DNA from: the human T2T-CHM13v2.0 reference genome, Homo sapiens
Reading direction: 5' to 3' (one strand)
Length of the DNA stretch: 64,000 nt
Assembly (NCBI RefSeq): GCF_009914755.1
Contig: NC_060934.1
In this document: positions 62,945 through 64,000 of the stretch, piece by piece
How the letters are laid out: each line of letters opens with the position of its first letter
Numbering within the stretch: the first letter of the stretch is position 1
Position numbers and translations under genes: made by a program
The notes under the pieces: generated by a model
What the model was told of the DNA's origin: nothing
The model's input: only the letters and a program-made list of their open reading frames with translations
The model's database searches: none

Positions 62945-63981
62945 AAAGTAATGCGATCAGGGACACTTAACCTGAGCTGAATACCAGACAGACAGGAGCA
63001 CATTTGTGTTATCACAGCTTTGTGTTAACACAGACGCAGAAGGGCTGTCATTAGACACCAGTGGGCCTTGTGAGAGGCCCTTCCGTCTGGGGTCAGGTGA
63101 AATCCTACAAACCCACAGCACAGGCAGGAGGTAGGGGGCCTCCGCTCCCCTCATGACTCAGTCACTAAAACGGCCTTGAAAAGGGACAGCTCATGAGAGC
63201 AGTAGCCAGGGACGGCTTCCCCACAGTGGATCCCCTGTGACCCTGCCTGCTGGCCACCACAGTCCTGGCAAGATGGCTGTTCTTAGACATTTGAGTAAAA
63301 TTAACTGCACACGGAAGACAGGGGTCTACATTTAGGTGACCCTGCTAGAATGGTCCCTGAGATGTAAAATCATGAAAGGTCAAAGGGAAAGGGCTCAGAG
63401 AGGGCTGGCTCAGACCCTGCTCCTGCCTTCCCTCTCCCCTCCCCTGCTGAAAGCCCGGGCACCTGCCAGCGGGGCTGTCCTGCCCAAGTCTGGCAGCACG
63501 TGCCTCAGCTCCAAGGACTCTGTCCCCAAAGCACATCAGGACCCACTGCCTTGGCAGAACCCTGAATCATTCACAGTCTGACATCCCACCTGCTCTGGGG
63601 ACGAGCACCTTCTCTCCCTCCAGCCCCTGCTCTCATTCCTGCCAGGCACTCTCCACTTTCAGCCACGCCACCTGCCCTCTGCCCCACTGCCTTCTCCAAT
63701 CTGCCAGGCCTCTGTGCCCTCACTGCCCACGAAGCGTCCCCCGAGACATGAGTAGGGAGCAGCCAGTGGCAGTGCCCAGTCTGAGTTTGTGTCAGGGAGA
63801 AGGGGTGACTGAGGCACCTGCTCTGCGGAATGACTCACGGGATTGGCCAAGGTCACGTGCCGTGTCCATGATGTGCTTGGCACAGTAAGTGTAGTGTTTG
63901 CTGTTATGTGCCCACGCCCCACAGATCCTCACTGGAACCACTGCTATGCCAATTCCTGAAACTTGGAAAGAAAGAGAGAGA

Positions 63982-64000
63982 GGCCAGGCATGGCAGCTCA
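63982..64000 (+). mobile_element. Probable start of an Alu cut by the window edge
   Basis: ggccaggcatggcagctca after an A-rich target. Confidence 0.55.

Overview
Primate, most likely human, non-coding genomic DNA. The human call rests on an AluYa5-lineage Alu, with AluSp/Sx, L1PA, MER57/MER66 and MADE1 supporting primate origin. It is GC-rich and dense in minisatellites, which resembles a subtelomeric gene desert or large intron. I can support no host protein-coding exon. The long ORFs come from stop-free tandem repeats (1-2331, 2968-4181) or L1 ORF2 remnants (about 18376-19218, 38937-40240). The window is a mosaic of L1, Alu, MaLR/ERV1 solo LTRs, DNA-transposon MITEs and about 15 tandem repeats. 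Between them are repeat-free AT-rich islands rich in homeodomain/SOX/PBX-HOX motifs that look like enhancers. I found no new gene system. The most notable observations: (i) a 45 x 27-bp VNTR that expanded inside an MLT1A LTR, whose unit junction creates a kappaB-like site, next to a CpG-rich ETS-containing element and a G-quadruplex-prone repeat of at least 2.3 kb; (ii) a six-copy AP-1 VNTR; (iii) an approximately 450-bp inversion splitting an L1 3' end; (iv) several locally templated duplications or insertions; (v) a young Alu with a perfect TSD. Repeat subfamily names come from recalled consensus sequences and need RepeatMasker/Dfam confirmation. I cannot identify the chromosomal locus.
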